This document shows, piece by piece, positions 49,603 to 62,094 of a stretch of DNA of 64,000 nucleotides (its first letter is position 1; every line of letters starts with the position of its first letter). The notes beneath the pieces are model-generated. The model made no database searches, was not told where the DNA came from, and saw nothing but the letters and a program-made list of their open reading frames with translations. Origin of the DNA: Chrysemys picta bellii. Taxonomy: Eukaryota. The position numbers were made by a program, and so were the translations under genes. The DNA lies in the NCBI RefSeq assembly GCF_011386835.1, contig NC_088792.1, positions 136,896,001 to 136,960,000 on the forward strand, in the 5' to 3' direction.

Positions 49603-51490
49603 GTCGCACATACTCTGACAAGCTTTTGGTAGCATTGTTGTTTAACTAGGTCCCTTACCCCAATACTATAATACTGACTAACCTAGATACATCTTTCTAT
49701 ATTAAAAGAACCCACCAAGTTGTCTTACAATGTCCTCTCTGTAACTCTTAACCTTCATTTCATTCTTTTCCTGTTGGTCCACCCACAGTTGTATATGTAA
49801 AATTTTAGAGTGTAAGCTTTCTGGGGTAGGGACTTTCTAGAGCGTGCTAACCTTATTTTATAACACCAATAACTATCAGTAAATGTTTTGATGCCCCAAA
49901 GCAATTGATGTCCTTGGATTCAGTCGGGGAAGAGGGGGAAATGAAACAAGAACTGGTTTATATTTTTTCCTGATGGTTGAGGTTCCAGTGTAACTGGAAC
50001 TGCTTTAAAGCAGTACAGATTTGGTGTGAAGTTGACAGTTCGAAGACCTTCTGACAGAAGTGCATATTACTGGCTTGCTTGGCAGCCCTTTCTTTGAACA
50101 GTAACCAGCCATATATTTACTACTTGTGGATTTAATGCAGAATTTGCGAAACTGGAACCTAGTTGGTGTTAGACAAATCTTAGAGTTGCCCTGCCCTTGA
50201 TAGGAAAGGGCAATGGTGAGCTGAAGAGGTCTGTGTGCTGCAGTGAACTAAGCCTTGCTGCTGACCTTGATGGTAAAATACGAAATGTACAGCGAGTCAC
50301 TGACTTCTTAGACAACCTGCAGTTACTGTAGAGCCTAGACATTAGTGTAAATGATCTCATACATTTCCTCTTAAATTTGAAGGAGTTGTTAAAACTGTAC
50401 TATTTTTTCTTCTGAAATGTATGATACTGCTGTAGAGAAATGTGTTATTAGCAGTAGATAATGGTGGAAAAGTGTGCAAACACTCAACTGAGTAGTAAGG
50501 GGAACTTGGGTGATTGAGGTGCAGTTGATCTCTAACCCCAGGAACTGTGCAACAGAAGACCTTATTTAGGATATTTGGTTATTCCTAGTGCAGGAGGCAG
50601 TGTCTGTCTTGAGTGCATTCAAATTATGTTAAGAAAAGTCAGAGAAGAGGAGGGGACAACCACTGGTGGAAGCGCTTCTGAAGGCTCCCGTGAAAACAGC
50701 TGGTTTCAAGGCTACTCAATTCCACATTGTATATTGGACACAACATGTTTAGGTCAGCCTATCAGCTTGCAGCACCCACTTCCCTCCTATTACTAGATAT
50801 TGAGTAATAAAAAAAACCATGCTCATCAGCCTTCTTGGTATATCTCTTCTGATTTCTCAGACCTCACCCATACCCATTCTCCCAGTCTTGGATGTGTTCC
50901 TTGATGTACTTGGCACTAATGACTTTTAGGGTTCGGTATACCAGTTGCCAGGGTAAAAACAAACATTTCTAACACTTTGGAAATTTGGAACTTCAGTATT
51001 GGAATAATATGAAGGATTGGTTTACAGTTTTGACAAAACACATGTGATATTAGATCTTAAAAGAAAGCTGGTATGATTTTTTTTTTGTGTCCTCCCTGAA
51101 ACAGAAGTGGATCTAAATCAAAAGCGCTTCTATAAAGACAGTGCTTATTAATTTCATAGTATGAGGCAGATTTATTTACACAGTCACAACTGATATATAG
51201 GCTGGATGTGCCATGCTGTATTACTGTAGTAGACTTCTCAATTAATATGAAAGACTTTAGTAGAAGGTTAGTTTGATTACTTTTGATTTGAAGTAGTATG
51301 GAACCATTTATTTCTCAATTTCATAATTTTTACTGGAATTGGTAACAATTTCTCATGAAAGCATGACTTAAGCAGCTAATGAAGCATGTCAGCTCACCAT
51401 GAAATATATTGGATGGTTGATGCTTAATCTTAGAGTAAAAAAACAAACAAACCACCCACTTAACTCCTGTTTTCAAATGCCACATAGGAT

Positions 51491-51751
51491 AGATATGCCT
51501 GCACAGGGATAAAAATACCCATGGCTGGCCCGGGTCAGCTGACTCAGGCTTGGGCTCTGGGCCGAAAAATTGCCATATAGACGTTCAGGCTTGGACTCCA
51601 GCCTGAACTCCAGGACCCTCCCTCCTTGCAGGGCTCCTGCTGAACCAGAATGCCTACACATTAACATTTCAGCCTAGAGCCTGAATCCCGTGAGCCCAAG
51701 TCAGCTAACCCAGGCCAGCTGTGGGTTTTTTATCCCTGTATTAATGTACCC
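51491..51751. mobile_element. Harbinger-type palindromic MITE
   Basis: Inverted subtermini cacagggataaaaataccca..gctggcc / ggccagctgtgggttttttatccctgt. Confidence 0.75.
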
Positions 51752-52141
51752 GGCTATGGTTAAGTGTAAATCCCATTGAGTTTCAATGGGATATAGGATT
51801 CTGAGACACTTAATCTCTTTTGAAAATTTTACCCAGGATTCTTTTAAGAAAGTGTGCGGTGAGTTTCTCTGAGGTAACGTCCTGTACTTGCATAAAGAAA
51901 GCAGTCAGTATAAAAGGATGCCTTCTGTTAATGCAATTGCAGAACATATACTGCTATAAACAGATTATCCCAAAAGATTTAAATTCACGTGGGAGAATAT
52001 TGTAAAACATTTATAATGAAGAGAAACTTCAGGCTCTTTCTTGGGCCAAAAGCTTGTTTAAAAGGGACTGTATTTGGGGAAAAATCTCATCATATGGTGA
52101 AAATAGCACTCATTCCATTCTGCTAGTGTCTCTGGAGGATG

Positions 52142-53947
52142 TTAAACAGAAGCTATTCAAGTTAGACATTTTAAAATGAGGGGGTCCAGATAACTTGCAT
52201 CTAAGAGTTTTAAAAGAATTGATCATGGAGCTCCCTGGACCTTTAATGTTGACTTTGCATAAGTCTTGGAGCATTGGGGAAGTTCCAGAAGACTGGAAGT
52301 CAGTTAATGTGTCGGTTTTTAAGAAGGGTAAATGGGATGACCTGGGTAATTATTAGGTCTGTCAGCCTGACTTAGGTCCTGGGCAAGATAATGGAGTGGC
52401 TGCTGCAGGACTCAATTACTAAACAACTAAAGGAAGGTAATGTGGGTTGTGGACAACTGATCCTGTCAAAATAACTTGATATATATATATTTTTTTTAAA
52501 TGAGAACAAAAGTTTGATGGATAAAGGTAATAGTGTTTAAAGTAATATACTTAGGCTTCTGTAAGGTATTTAAATTGGTAACAAACATTTTGATTAAAAA
52601 AATTAGAATATAAAATTAATATGGCACACATTAAATGGATGAAAACTGGCTAACTGATAGCTCTCAAAATGTAACTGTAAATGGGGAACAGTCTTTGAAG
52701 GAGTCTGTTTCTAATGGTGTCCCTCAGAGATCAGTTCTTGGCCCTATGCTGTTTAAAATCTTTATTAATGATCTGGAAGAAAACACAAAATCCTCCCTGA
52801 TAAAGTTTGCAGATGACACCCAAATTGGGGGAGTGATAAATAATAAAGAGGGACAGGTTACCAATTCAGAGTGATCTAGATCGCTTGGTAAATTGGGCGA
52901 AAGCAAACAATATGTGTATTTCATATGTATAACCTGGGGAACAAAGAGTGTAGGTCAGATTTACAGGATGAGGTACTCTATTTTTGGAAGCAGTGCTTCT
53001 GAAAAAGATTTGGGGGCCGTGGTGGATAATCAGCTGAACATACACTGCCAGTGTGAAACTGTGCCCAAAAGAGCTAATGCGAGCCTGGGATGTTAAGTGA
53101 GACTCTTGAACAGGAGTAGAAAGTTGTGTGACTACTGCTAGAATACTGTGTCAAGTTGTGGTGTCCACAATTCAAGAAGGATGTTGATAAATTGGAGAGG
53201 GTTCAGAGAAGAGTCACGAAAATGATGAAAGGATTGGATTTAGCACGATGGACTCACAGAGCTTGATCTGATTAGCTTAACAAAGAGTAGTTAAAGGGGT
53301 GACTTGATTACAGTCTGCAAGTATCTACATGGGGAACAAATATTTAATAATGGGCTCTTCAGTCTATCAGAGAAACGTATAACATGGTCCAATGGCTGAA
53401 AATAAAAGCTAGACAAATTCAGACTGGAAATAAGACATAATTTTTAAAAAAATGAGAATAATTAACCATTGGACCAATTCACTGACAATTTTAAAATTAA
53501 GATCGGATGTTTTTCTAAAAGAGCTGTTCTAGCAAATATTTTGGGGAACTTCTGTGGTCTGTGTTTTACAGGAGTCAGATTAGATCAGGGGTCGACAACC
53601 TTTCAGAAGTAGTGTGACAAGTCTTCATTTATTCACGCTAATTTAAGGTTTTGCATGCCAATAATACATTTTAACGTTTTTAGAAGGTCTCTTTCTCTAA
53701 GTCTATAATATATAACTAAACTATTGTTGTATGTAAAGTAAATAAGGTTTTTAAAATGTTTAAGAAGCTTCATTTAAAATTAAACTAAAATGCAGAGACC
53801 CCCCAGACCGGTGGCCAGGAGCCAGGCAGTGAGAGTGCCACTGAAAATCAGCTCATGTGCCGCCTTCGGCATGCGTGCCATAGGTTGCCTACCCCTGGAT
53901 TAGATGATCACAAAGTCCCTTGTGGCTTTAAAATCTATGAATCTATG
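52142..53947 (+). mobile_element. CR1 LINE, 5'-truncated, with degraded RT and 3' tail
   Basis: ORF 52635-52874 gives NWLTDSSQNVTVNG..VSNGVPQRSVLGPMLFKIFINDL..LIKFADDT (RT motifs, FADD); ends aatctatgaatctatg. Confidence 0.95.
53586..53897. mobile_element. hAT MITE, short form, nested in the CR1 3' UTR
   Basis: TIRs CAGGGGTCGACAACCT / AGGTTGCCTACCCCTG; perfect TSD GATTAGAT. Confidence 0.95.
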
Positions 53948-53964
53948 AAAGGTACTTTCTACAG

Positions 53965-54100
53965 CAGTGGTGGGAAAACTACGGCCCATGGGCCGCACAC
54001 GTGGTGTGCGTGGTTCGGCCCCACTCTGGCCGGGGTGCTGAGTTAGGGCTGCACCAGTGGCTTGACCCTGCTCTGCCTGAGGCGCTGGATCGGGGCCACA
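53965..54100. mobile_element. left end of a hAT MITE
   Basis: CAGTGGTGGGAAAACTACGGCCCATGGGCC after TTCTACAG; no partner end found. Confidence 0.6.
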
Positions 54101-55224
54101 CCAGCATGGCATTGGGGAGCAAAGGCCACAGGCTGCACAGAGGTGGGAGATCACTGTGCAGCTCCCCCCGGGACATGAATTTAGCAGTGAGGCTGCACCC
54201 AAACCTGACATAGTGCAAGGATCTGGCTTGCCCCAGAAACACCCGAGGGCCCTGCCTCTCTGTTCCAGGTGCACCAAGTGTGGGCAGGCAGACGTAGCCC
54301 AGCAGGATCCAAGTGTGGAGGGGCTCAGTGTATGGGGGAGACAGGTGTGAGTTGAGAGGGTTCTTTGTGGGGCAATCTGGGTGCGGGCAGCTCAGTTGGA
54401 GATTTGGGGGGGGAGGTGGATCTGGATGCACGGGTTTGTTGGGGGGTTCTGGGTGCAACGGTAATGGGACTCTGCAGGGGGGGCCATGTGAAGGTGGTTG
54501 GAGCTCAGCCGGGGGAGGGAGGGTCTGGATATGGGGGGATAGAGCTCAGCAGGGCGGTCTGAGTGTGTGGAGTTTAGTGGAGGGGGTTCAGATGCTAGGG
54601 GAGTGGGGCTCAGTGGGGTGGGGATCCAGGTGCAGCTGGCTGGGGCTCGGTGGGTTGGGGATCAGTGTGCCAGTGACTCATCTGAGTGGTCCAGGTGCAG
54701 GGGGGGGGGTTCCGTGTGTGTGTGTGGGGGGGGAGGCTCAGTGGGAGAGGGAGGTTTGAGGGGGTCTGGATGAACGGGGGTTGGGGGAGCAGCTCCCTGT
54801 ACAATGATCCATCCCCCTGCAGCTGAGGAGTGATGGGTGCAGGAAGCAGTGGGGGGAGGGAGATTTCAGAGCTTCCTGGAGCCTGGGGAGAAATCTAGGG
54901 GGGGTCTGACCCAGCCCTGGATGCTGTGCAGAGGAAGAGGAAGTCCCTTCCTCCCCAGCACAGCTGGGACTAGCAGCTGACCTTGGCGCAGGGTAGGAGC
55001 CACCAGCCGGGTCCTCTCCAGTCCAGCTCCCTGCCCCACAGTGATTTAAACCTCTTCTGGCTGTCCTGGACACCCAAAACATACTGCTAGGGAGGGTCAC
55101 ATGACCACTCTTGTGGCTTCCTTTTGCTTTCTCATCAGTAAGTCATTTTTCTGTGGGGAAGCAAAGAAATCTGCTGGGGACATGAATTCTGTGCACGTGC
55201 AATGGCGCAGAATTCCCCCAAGAG
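54101..55224 (+). mobile_element. GC-rich non-autonomous DNA transposon, copy A (one end missing)
   Basis: Ends TGGCGCAGAATTCCCCCAAGAG-TA; reverse-complement homolog of 56229-57365. Confidence 0.85.
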
Positions 55225-56017
55225 TAGTATGTAGCAGTGCCTTCAGAAGTCCTTATATGAACAAAATGTCTGGTATAGTCAATAGGATCATCAAGTAAGG
55301 ATGGCAGTATTGGAGTCTTTGCTTTCAGTTATTTAACTTCTAACGGGGTTTAGTTGCAAACCACAGATTGAAACTGGATGTGATGTACCAGCAACTAGTT
55401 GCAGGTGATAAACACACTGAGACTTAAACAGCTATTGCCCATTTCTAGCCATGGTCAGAATTAAAGTATATTGTGATTCACTGTATTATAAGCAATTAAA
55501 ATTGGTGAATGTTAAAGTAACTGCTCATGCACTAAATATTTGGAGTTGGTTGTATCTATAGTAGTACACTGTTTTGATGTAACATTGATCTATAAAACTG
55601 TAAATGCCACAGTTGGTAACTTAAATTTTACACCAGTCTAATAGATGAGTTCATTGTTTCTGCAAATGCCTTTTTTAAACAGCACTTCACTCTGCTTACT
55701 TGGTCTTTTTGGCTGGTGATTTGTTTCCTTAATCTTGCATATACTGCCTAATCCTTATTAAAATTGAGCCTGCAGTTGCTTTAATCATGAATCTGGGCTA
55801 GTCTGAGATGACTTGGTGATAACTCTTGACTTGCTTTGAGATCTGGATTCAGTAGTGCACTTTCAGGATTTAGCAGACTTGTGAAAACTACTAAGCCTAT
55901 TGCATACATAATTTGTCTCTACTTACAGGCGTAGTGTAACTTGAGTTAAAATGTTGTTAAGCTCCCAGCTTCCATAAGGAAAACTTTTGAGAAATAGCTG
56001 AGTGGAGTGCTTAAGAG

Positions 56018-57505
56018 TAGCAGTTCTCAACCAGGTGTCTGAGGCTCGGTGGAGGGGCTGCAAGGAGGTTTTAGGGGGTCTGCCAAGCAGAGCTGGCATT
56101 AGACTCACTGGGGCCCAGGGCAAAAAGCCAAAGCCATGCTGCTCCGAGCCCCACTACTTGGGGTTGAACCTGAAGCCTGCGCAGCTTAGCTTTGTGGGGG
56201 CCCCTGTGTCGTAGGGCCATGGGCAATTTAGTCGGGGAATTCTGTGCCACTGCGAATGTATGTTCCCCGCAGATTTCTTTGCTTCCCTGCAGAAAAATGA
56301 CTTTCTGACAGGGAAGCAAGGGGAATCCACAAGAGTGGCCATGCAACCCTCTACAGCAGTATGTTTTGGGTGCTCAGGGTAGCCGGCAGAGAGGTAAATC
56401 ACTGTGGTGCAGGGGGTGGGACTGGGGAAGACCTGGCTCCCTACCCTGCGTTGGGCTCAGCTGCTAGTCCCAGCTGGACTGGGGAGGACGGGACTTCCTC
56501 TTCCCCTGCATGGTATCTGGGGCTGGGTCAGACCCACCCCTATATTTCTCTCACTGCTGCAGGAAGCTCTGTAAACTCCCCACCCTCTAGCCCCCCACTT
56601 CCTGCACCCATCGCTCCTGAGCTGCAGGAGGAGGGATCCCTGTACAAGGAGCTGCTCCCCCATCCACTCAACCCCCGTGCATCCAGAACCCCTCATACCC
56701 AGACTCTCCCGCTGATCCTCACCCCCCGCACTCAGAACCCCCCCAATGAGCCCAACTCCCCCAGCATGTGGACCACCCTGACAATCCTCACGGATCTCCA
56801 CCCCACTAAGTCCCATTCCCCCAGCATCTGGACCCCCTCGAGCCACCCACGCTCCCCCTACCAAGCTCTAACCCCCCATATCCAGACCCCCCCACACCTT
56901 CACCTGGACCCTCCTGCAGTCCCATTACCGTTGCACCCAGAACCCCCTAACAAGCCCCTGTGCCTCCAGATCCCCCCGCATCCGGCTCCCCCACTGAGCC
57001 GCCTGCACCCAGATTGCCCCACACAGAACCCTCTCAACCCACACCTGGATCCCTCACACTAAGCTCCTCCACACTTGGATCCTGCCTTGCTGAGCCTGCC
57101 TGCCCCGCACTTGGTGCACCTGGTATGGAGTGTGTGTGTGTATGTGTTTGTTTCTGGGGCAGGCCCAGTCCTTCTGCTGTGTCAGGGTTGGGTGCAGCCT
57201 CACCACTGAGTCAGTGTCCGGGGTGGGGGGGAGCTGCACAGTGATCTCCCACCTCTGTACAGCCAGTGGCCTTTGCTCCCCAATGCCAGGCTGGAGCCTC
57301 CACATTTATTTGGCAAATAAAATGTGCAGAATTTTTAAGTTTTTGGCGCAGAATGCCCTTGGGAGTTGCAGTTGTCCTGCTTGTTGCCCCCTAATGCTGG
57401 CCCTGGCTTTTATATGCAGAAAAATGGTTGTTATGGCACAGGTGGGCCCTGAAGTTTTTATAGCATGTTGGGGGGCCTCAGAAAGAAAAAGGTTGAGAAC
57501 CCCTG
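56018..57505. mobile_element. hAT MITE hosting nested copy B
   Basis: TAGCAGTTCTCAACC (CpG-decayed CAGCGGTTCTCAACC) / GGTTGAGAACCCCTG; TSD CTTAAGAG/CTTCAGAG (7/8). Confidence 0.85.
56229..57365 (-). mobile_element. GC-rich non-autonomous DNA transposon, copy B (both ends)
   Basis: TIR-like GGGGAATTCTGTGCCA / TGGCGCAGAATGCCC; same family as copy A in the opposite orientation. Confidence 0.85.
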
Positions 57506-60500
57506 CTTCAGAGGACAGTAAACTTTGACTCTGCAATATGTACATGAAACACAGCTCTAAAATATTTCCAGGTGCATCTTTTCCCCATAAGAAAAAAACA
57601 ACACTAGTCCAGTAAACTACTGTGAAGTTGGCAGGAGTGGGAAGCACTCTTCCTTTACTCTGTTAGGAGAGTGACTAAGTGTACAGTACCCACCTCCCTT
57701 GTGGAAAAAGACAAAATCAGTTGATGGGCCAAATATTTTAGCTCTCATTCTGGCAAAACTACTGCTGAAGTTTAATTCATTTGTCTGAGTAAAGGCAAGA
57801 GGATCAGGTGCTGTGTTCGCTAGAGGGGAGACAGCCCCTTCTTGCTGCCTTGCCCAGATGACTCGGTAAACCACATAAGGAGGCAAGATGGCAATGGTTT
57901 GTGACAGTTACGTAAATCTTCACATTTTGTGGCATTTTAGGGTTTCTAACTGGTTTCTAAAGAGCAGTATTTCAAGAAATGAGGCAGAGCAGCTCCAGGC
58001 TAACTGCTGCGTATAAAATATTCCTCACTGGTTCAGTGGTAGTTCAGCTTTGAACAAAGATGATGTAATGGGTTCTGCTGCAAGTACTGCTGATCATGTA
58101 GTACCCATACTGTCATTGGCTTCACACAGATAGCAGTGTACTGCTCCGCTTCAGCATCCCAGGAGCTAGTATGCATCTGTAATACAGCTGAATTATTGCC
58201 AGTGTGACTGTCTCCTCTATGGCTGCTGTTACCGTCAGCTTGATAATACTGCACATATGTACTGGGTGTGCATATGCACCTCCCCAGAACAATTGAATTA
58301 CCCTTTCTTTCACAACACAGGATCACAAACATGAAAGCTTGTGGACATCCGTTCAGGCATTGGATGCTGGTTTTATCCTCTGTTCTATGATTGGGAGAGG
58401 GAGGGCAGGTTGCTATTAGCAACTACTTGCTCATTTAAATATAAGTGAATTGCACAGGTTTTTCATTCTTTGTGGATTGCTCACTTCCATCCATTACTGA
58501 GACCTTAAAATTGATATTATGGCATATCCAGAGTAATTGCACAAATGAATCTTTTAAGGAAAAAAAAAGTTAAAAAAAAATCTGTTCAGTAAAAAACACT
58601 TCTCTGGTGTAACTTGTTTAACTATGCCTTTTAAGTATCTTTAATAGATTCCTGTGTCACACTGAATCTAGCTAGCATGTATGTGAAGCTAGCTGCAGAC
58701 TATTCCTGCCTCTTCTTGCCCCAATAAAAAGGGTTTCAGCATATTGTCATGCTGAACAAAAAAAGACATTTCTTTTGTTTACTTCCTACCATTTCTCCCT
58801 TCTACATGCACTCTAACCTACCTTGGAATCTTGAACCACCACAAAATCTAGTGCAACTTTAACTAATTTCTGGTATTTAAGATTATTGCATTTAAGGATC
58901 ATTAAAAGGGAAAATCATACTGGACTACTTGTGTTAAAGTTGTTCAACATAAGTTTTGGCTGCTAGATGGAAAATAATATAGTTTGTTTATATGGAGATC
59001 CAAGTTAGTATTAACTTAGCTTGATCAAAAAGACAGCATAAAATTGTATGGCCTAAAAAGACTGCATGTAACACTACAACACTGTGTGAATACTGGTTGG
59101 TCAACTCCCTCAGACCTGATTGATTTTAACTTACTCTTGGCGGATAAATCGACATACCAAAGAGCCATGGAAGTGTGGGTGCTAATGGTAAAACTAGAAA
59201 GAAACTTACCAGGTATCACGTAACTAGAGAAAAATAAAGTTTAAGGGATAGTAAGACCCAAAGACTGCACCTTGGTGGGAAGACCAGCACAATCGCTTGC
59301 CTCAGCTGCTGTGTGGGGAAATATACTGGGTCTCCTAATAACGTATGGTACTTGTGACAGAGGTTACTCTATCAATTTGACGTCCAGCTGAAATAGAACT
59401 TGCCATGGCTGCTGAGCAGAAGGTGGTGAGTAGAATTCGAGTCTCTGCCTGTTTGGGGTGTTAATCTTCAGTTGGTCGTCTTTCCTTGTTCTCCTTTTTT
59501 CTTTTTGCCCATAGCCATAAATGCAGGCTCATGCCTCAACTCTTCTGCTTTTAACTGGCAGCAACCACAAAGCAAAACACTCTTTTCTTGAGGAATGCAA
59601 CAGCCTAGTCAAGGGTTAGGATTTTCTGCTGTTCCTGGGGTGGGATAGGTAACTATACATGATCTCATTACACATTAAAAAATCATAGCAGATCATCAGG
59701 AAGAGTAGTGAAATTGAGCTTTCAAGAAAAAACATATGGTGCTGAGGCTGGTGCCCCTGGGAATCCTTTTCCTTGTATACCTGCCCAGTAACTACTGCCA
59801 GATGGGAGAGTCCATTTTTCTAGGCTTCACAAAGTCTTAGGGATGATAACAAATCTTGAGTCAACACAACTTGACCCTGATGTTGTGTTGTTAATAGTTT
59901 CTAAAACAATATATTGGTTTGCTGGGTACTTAAAATAGTTTTTTTTCATGCATTAATAAGCAGTACTGGAAATCCATTCTGTCACTATAACATTTTAACT
60001 GTTCACTTTTACTTGACCTATATATTTGTGAATTATGTAATTAAGCACTACAGAAAAATCTTTCAAGATATAGGAAAGTTAATGCTGCATTCTTGTGGGA
60101 AGCTGCTGGGAATACCATACCTTAAGTAGTAGGCTACAGCCACTTAAAGCTGCCAATTTAAGTGTTACCAATGGTTGTGCGTCAGAATTGCTTGTGGCAT
60201 ACAAGATGCCCTTACGTACAAGCACCTTTCAGGTTCTAAAATGAAATGAAAGTAATGTCTTCAAGCTCATAAACCATACCATCAGTGGTATTAGCACTTC
60301 TAAACTAAATGTCTGCAGTACCAGCCAACAGTAGAAATATGGAGCTGGCGATAAGAACAGTATGGTGAAAAACAGCACATAAAAGGCCTATTGTTTCATG
60401 AGTGAAGCAGTATATTGATGCTTTAGACCGTATTAATGGGTGAAATAATATTTTTCAGATAAAAATGGATGACTTAAAGGCAGGAACAGAAGAAAGACAC

Positions 60501-61782
60501 CAATGGACATACAAGTTTAAAAATCCATCCTACTGAATATCAGGGAAGCAGAATAGGTCATCCTTGATATTAATTTTGCATTTATTAACAGTTTAGCGTC
60601 CATTATTCTATAAACATCAGTCGTATGTGTTATAAGCACTTTAGTGGAAGGTATTGTAAATGGTTGTAAGCCAGGGTGGTAAGCTATCAATTACTTGTTA
60701 CCCATGAATTGACCTTTAAACTTTAAATGGAGCCTTAATATAAAGTGTGACCATAATATTAAACTCAAAGGTTTGTTCACAATAGATCCAGTCAGGGGGG
60801 TTATTTTCATTTACATTTTAGGTCGTTCCCTCTTCTCCCCTCCCCAACAACTATTAATTAGCCTGTCCACCTGCTCGTTCACCCCTTGTAGTACTGCTTG
60901 TGTCTCATTCAACTGTTATGGCTCGTTATCAAATCAGTTTGTAAGCATTTTGGAACAGGGACTGTCATTCTGGTTTGTACAATGTCTCAAATATGTTTTA
61001 AAATCACTCCTGAGCACTTAAGAACAGCTGTCATAAGAGCAACCACTTGTCTGTCTCAGCCCCTCACATCTGTCATGCTCTTTCTCCTTTGTCTCTAAAT
61101 ATTTTGGTGTGTTAATTATCTTAAGGTTTCTGAAACAAGATAAAACTTGAATACCTTAAATTAATTGTTACTTTGAGGTTTACAAGGCAACCTATCACAT
61201 TGCTTCAGTGTACTCTTGGAGTAGTGCAAATTGTTTGCGGCCACTGTGTGGTGTCTCTGAGTTCTCCTCACCGTCTCACATACAGTTGGTACTAGCAAGG
61301 GAACAGTGAATTTTATACCGTCCAAAACAATTGAATCACAAAACGGATATCAGACAGTGTGCATTTGTACTTAGCACTCGGTTGGGGTTTTTTTTGTTTC
61401 TTGTTTTTTGCTAAGAGCTAAAAAACTGGCAATAAATTCCATTCTCTATTGTGTTGAAGTAGTTCCAGGCTGTCCGTTCTAATTTACATGCATGTCTGTG
61501 AGTCACATGCAGCCCTGCAGTCTGACGAATAAAGTGTTGTCATAGTGCAGGATATTCCCCCCAGGTTGTGTGGGGAGGGGGGTGCATGGGTTAGGGAAGT
61601 AAGGTATCTGGAGCAGCAATCATGATGAGCAGTTGAAGGTTTGATGGTGTAATGTCTTGTGACTGGTGAGTTGTCAAGCCTGACCAGAGCTGATTTAGTC
61701 AAAAGCACAACGGCCTCAGTGCTCTTGAAGTCTCCTAAAAGTTGAGGATAGTATTTTAATGTTAACTTATAGACCTCTCTTG

Positions 61783-62094
61783 GGGTACGTCCAGACTACC
61801 CGCTGTACCGGCGGGTAGCAATCGATCTATCGGGGATAGATACATTGCGTCTCGTTAAGATGCGATATATCGATCCCCGAACGCGTTCTCCGTCAACTCC
61901 GGAACTCCACTGAAGCGAGCGGCGGTAGCGGAGTCGACGGGGGAGCCGCAGCCATCGATCCCGCGCCATGAGGACCCAAGGTAAATTGATCTAAGATACT
62001 TCGACTTCAGTTACGCTATTCACGTAGTTGAAGTTATGTATCTTAGATCAATTGCCCCTCCTCCCCCCTCCCCCTCCCCAGTGTAGAGCAGCCC
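61783..62094. mobile_element. young CpG-rich Harbinger-type MITE
   Basis: GGGTACGTCCAGACT / AGTGTAGAGCAGCCC-TTA ends; many intact CpGs against a CpG-poor background. Confidence 0.82.

Noticed and set aside
56361-57062. 233-aa proline-rich ORF
   Set aside because: Lies wholly within MITE copy B; its composition follows from the C-rich strand.
61622-61693. Possible C/D box snoRNA (ATGATGA ... CTGA)
   Set aside because: No convincing terminal stem and no rRNA or snRNA antisense element that I could recognise; such motif pairs are common by chance.
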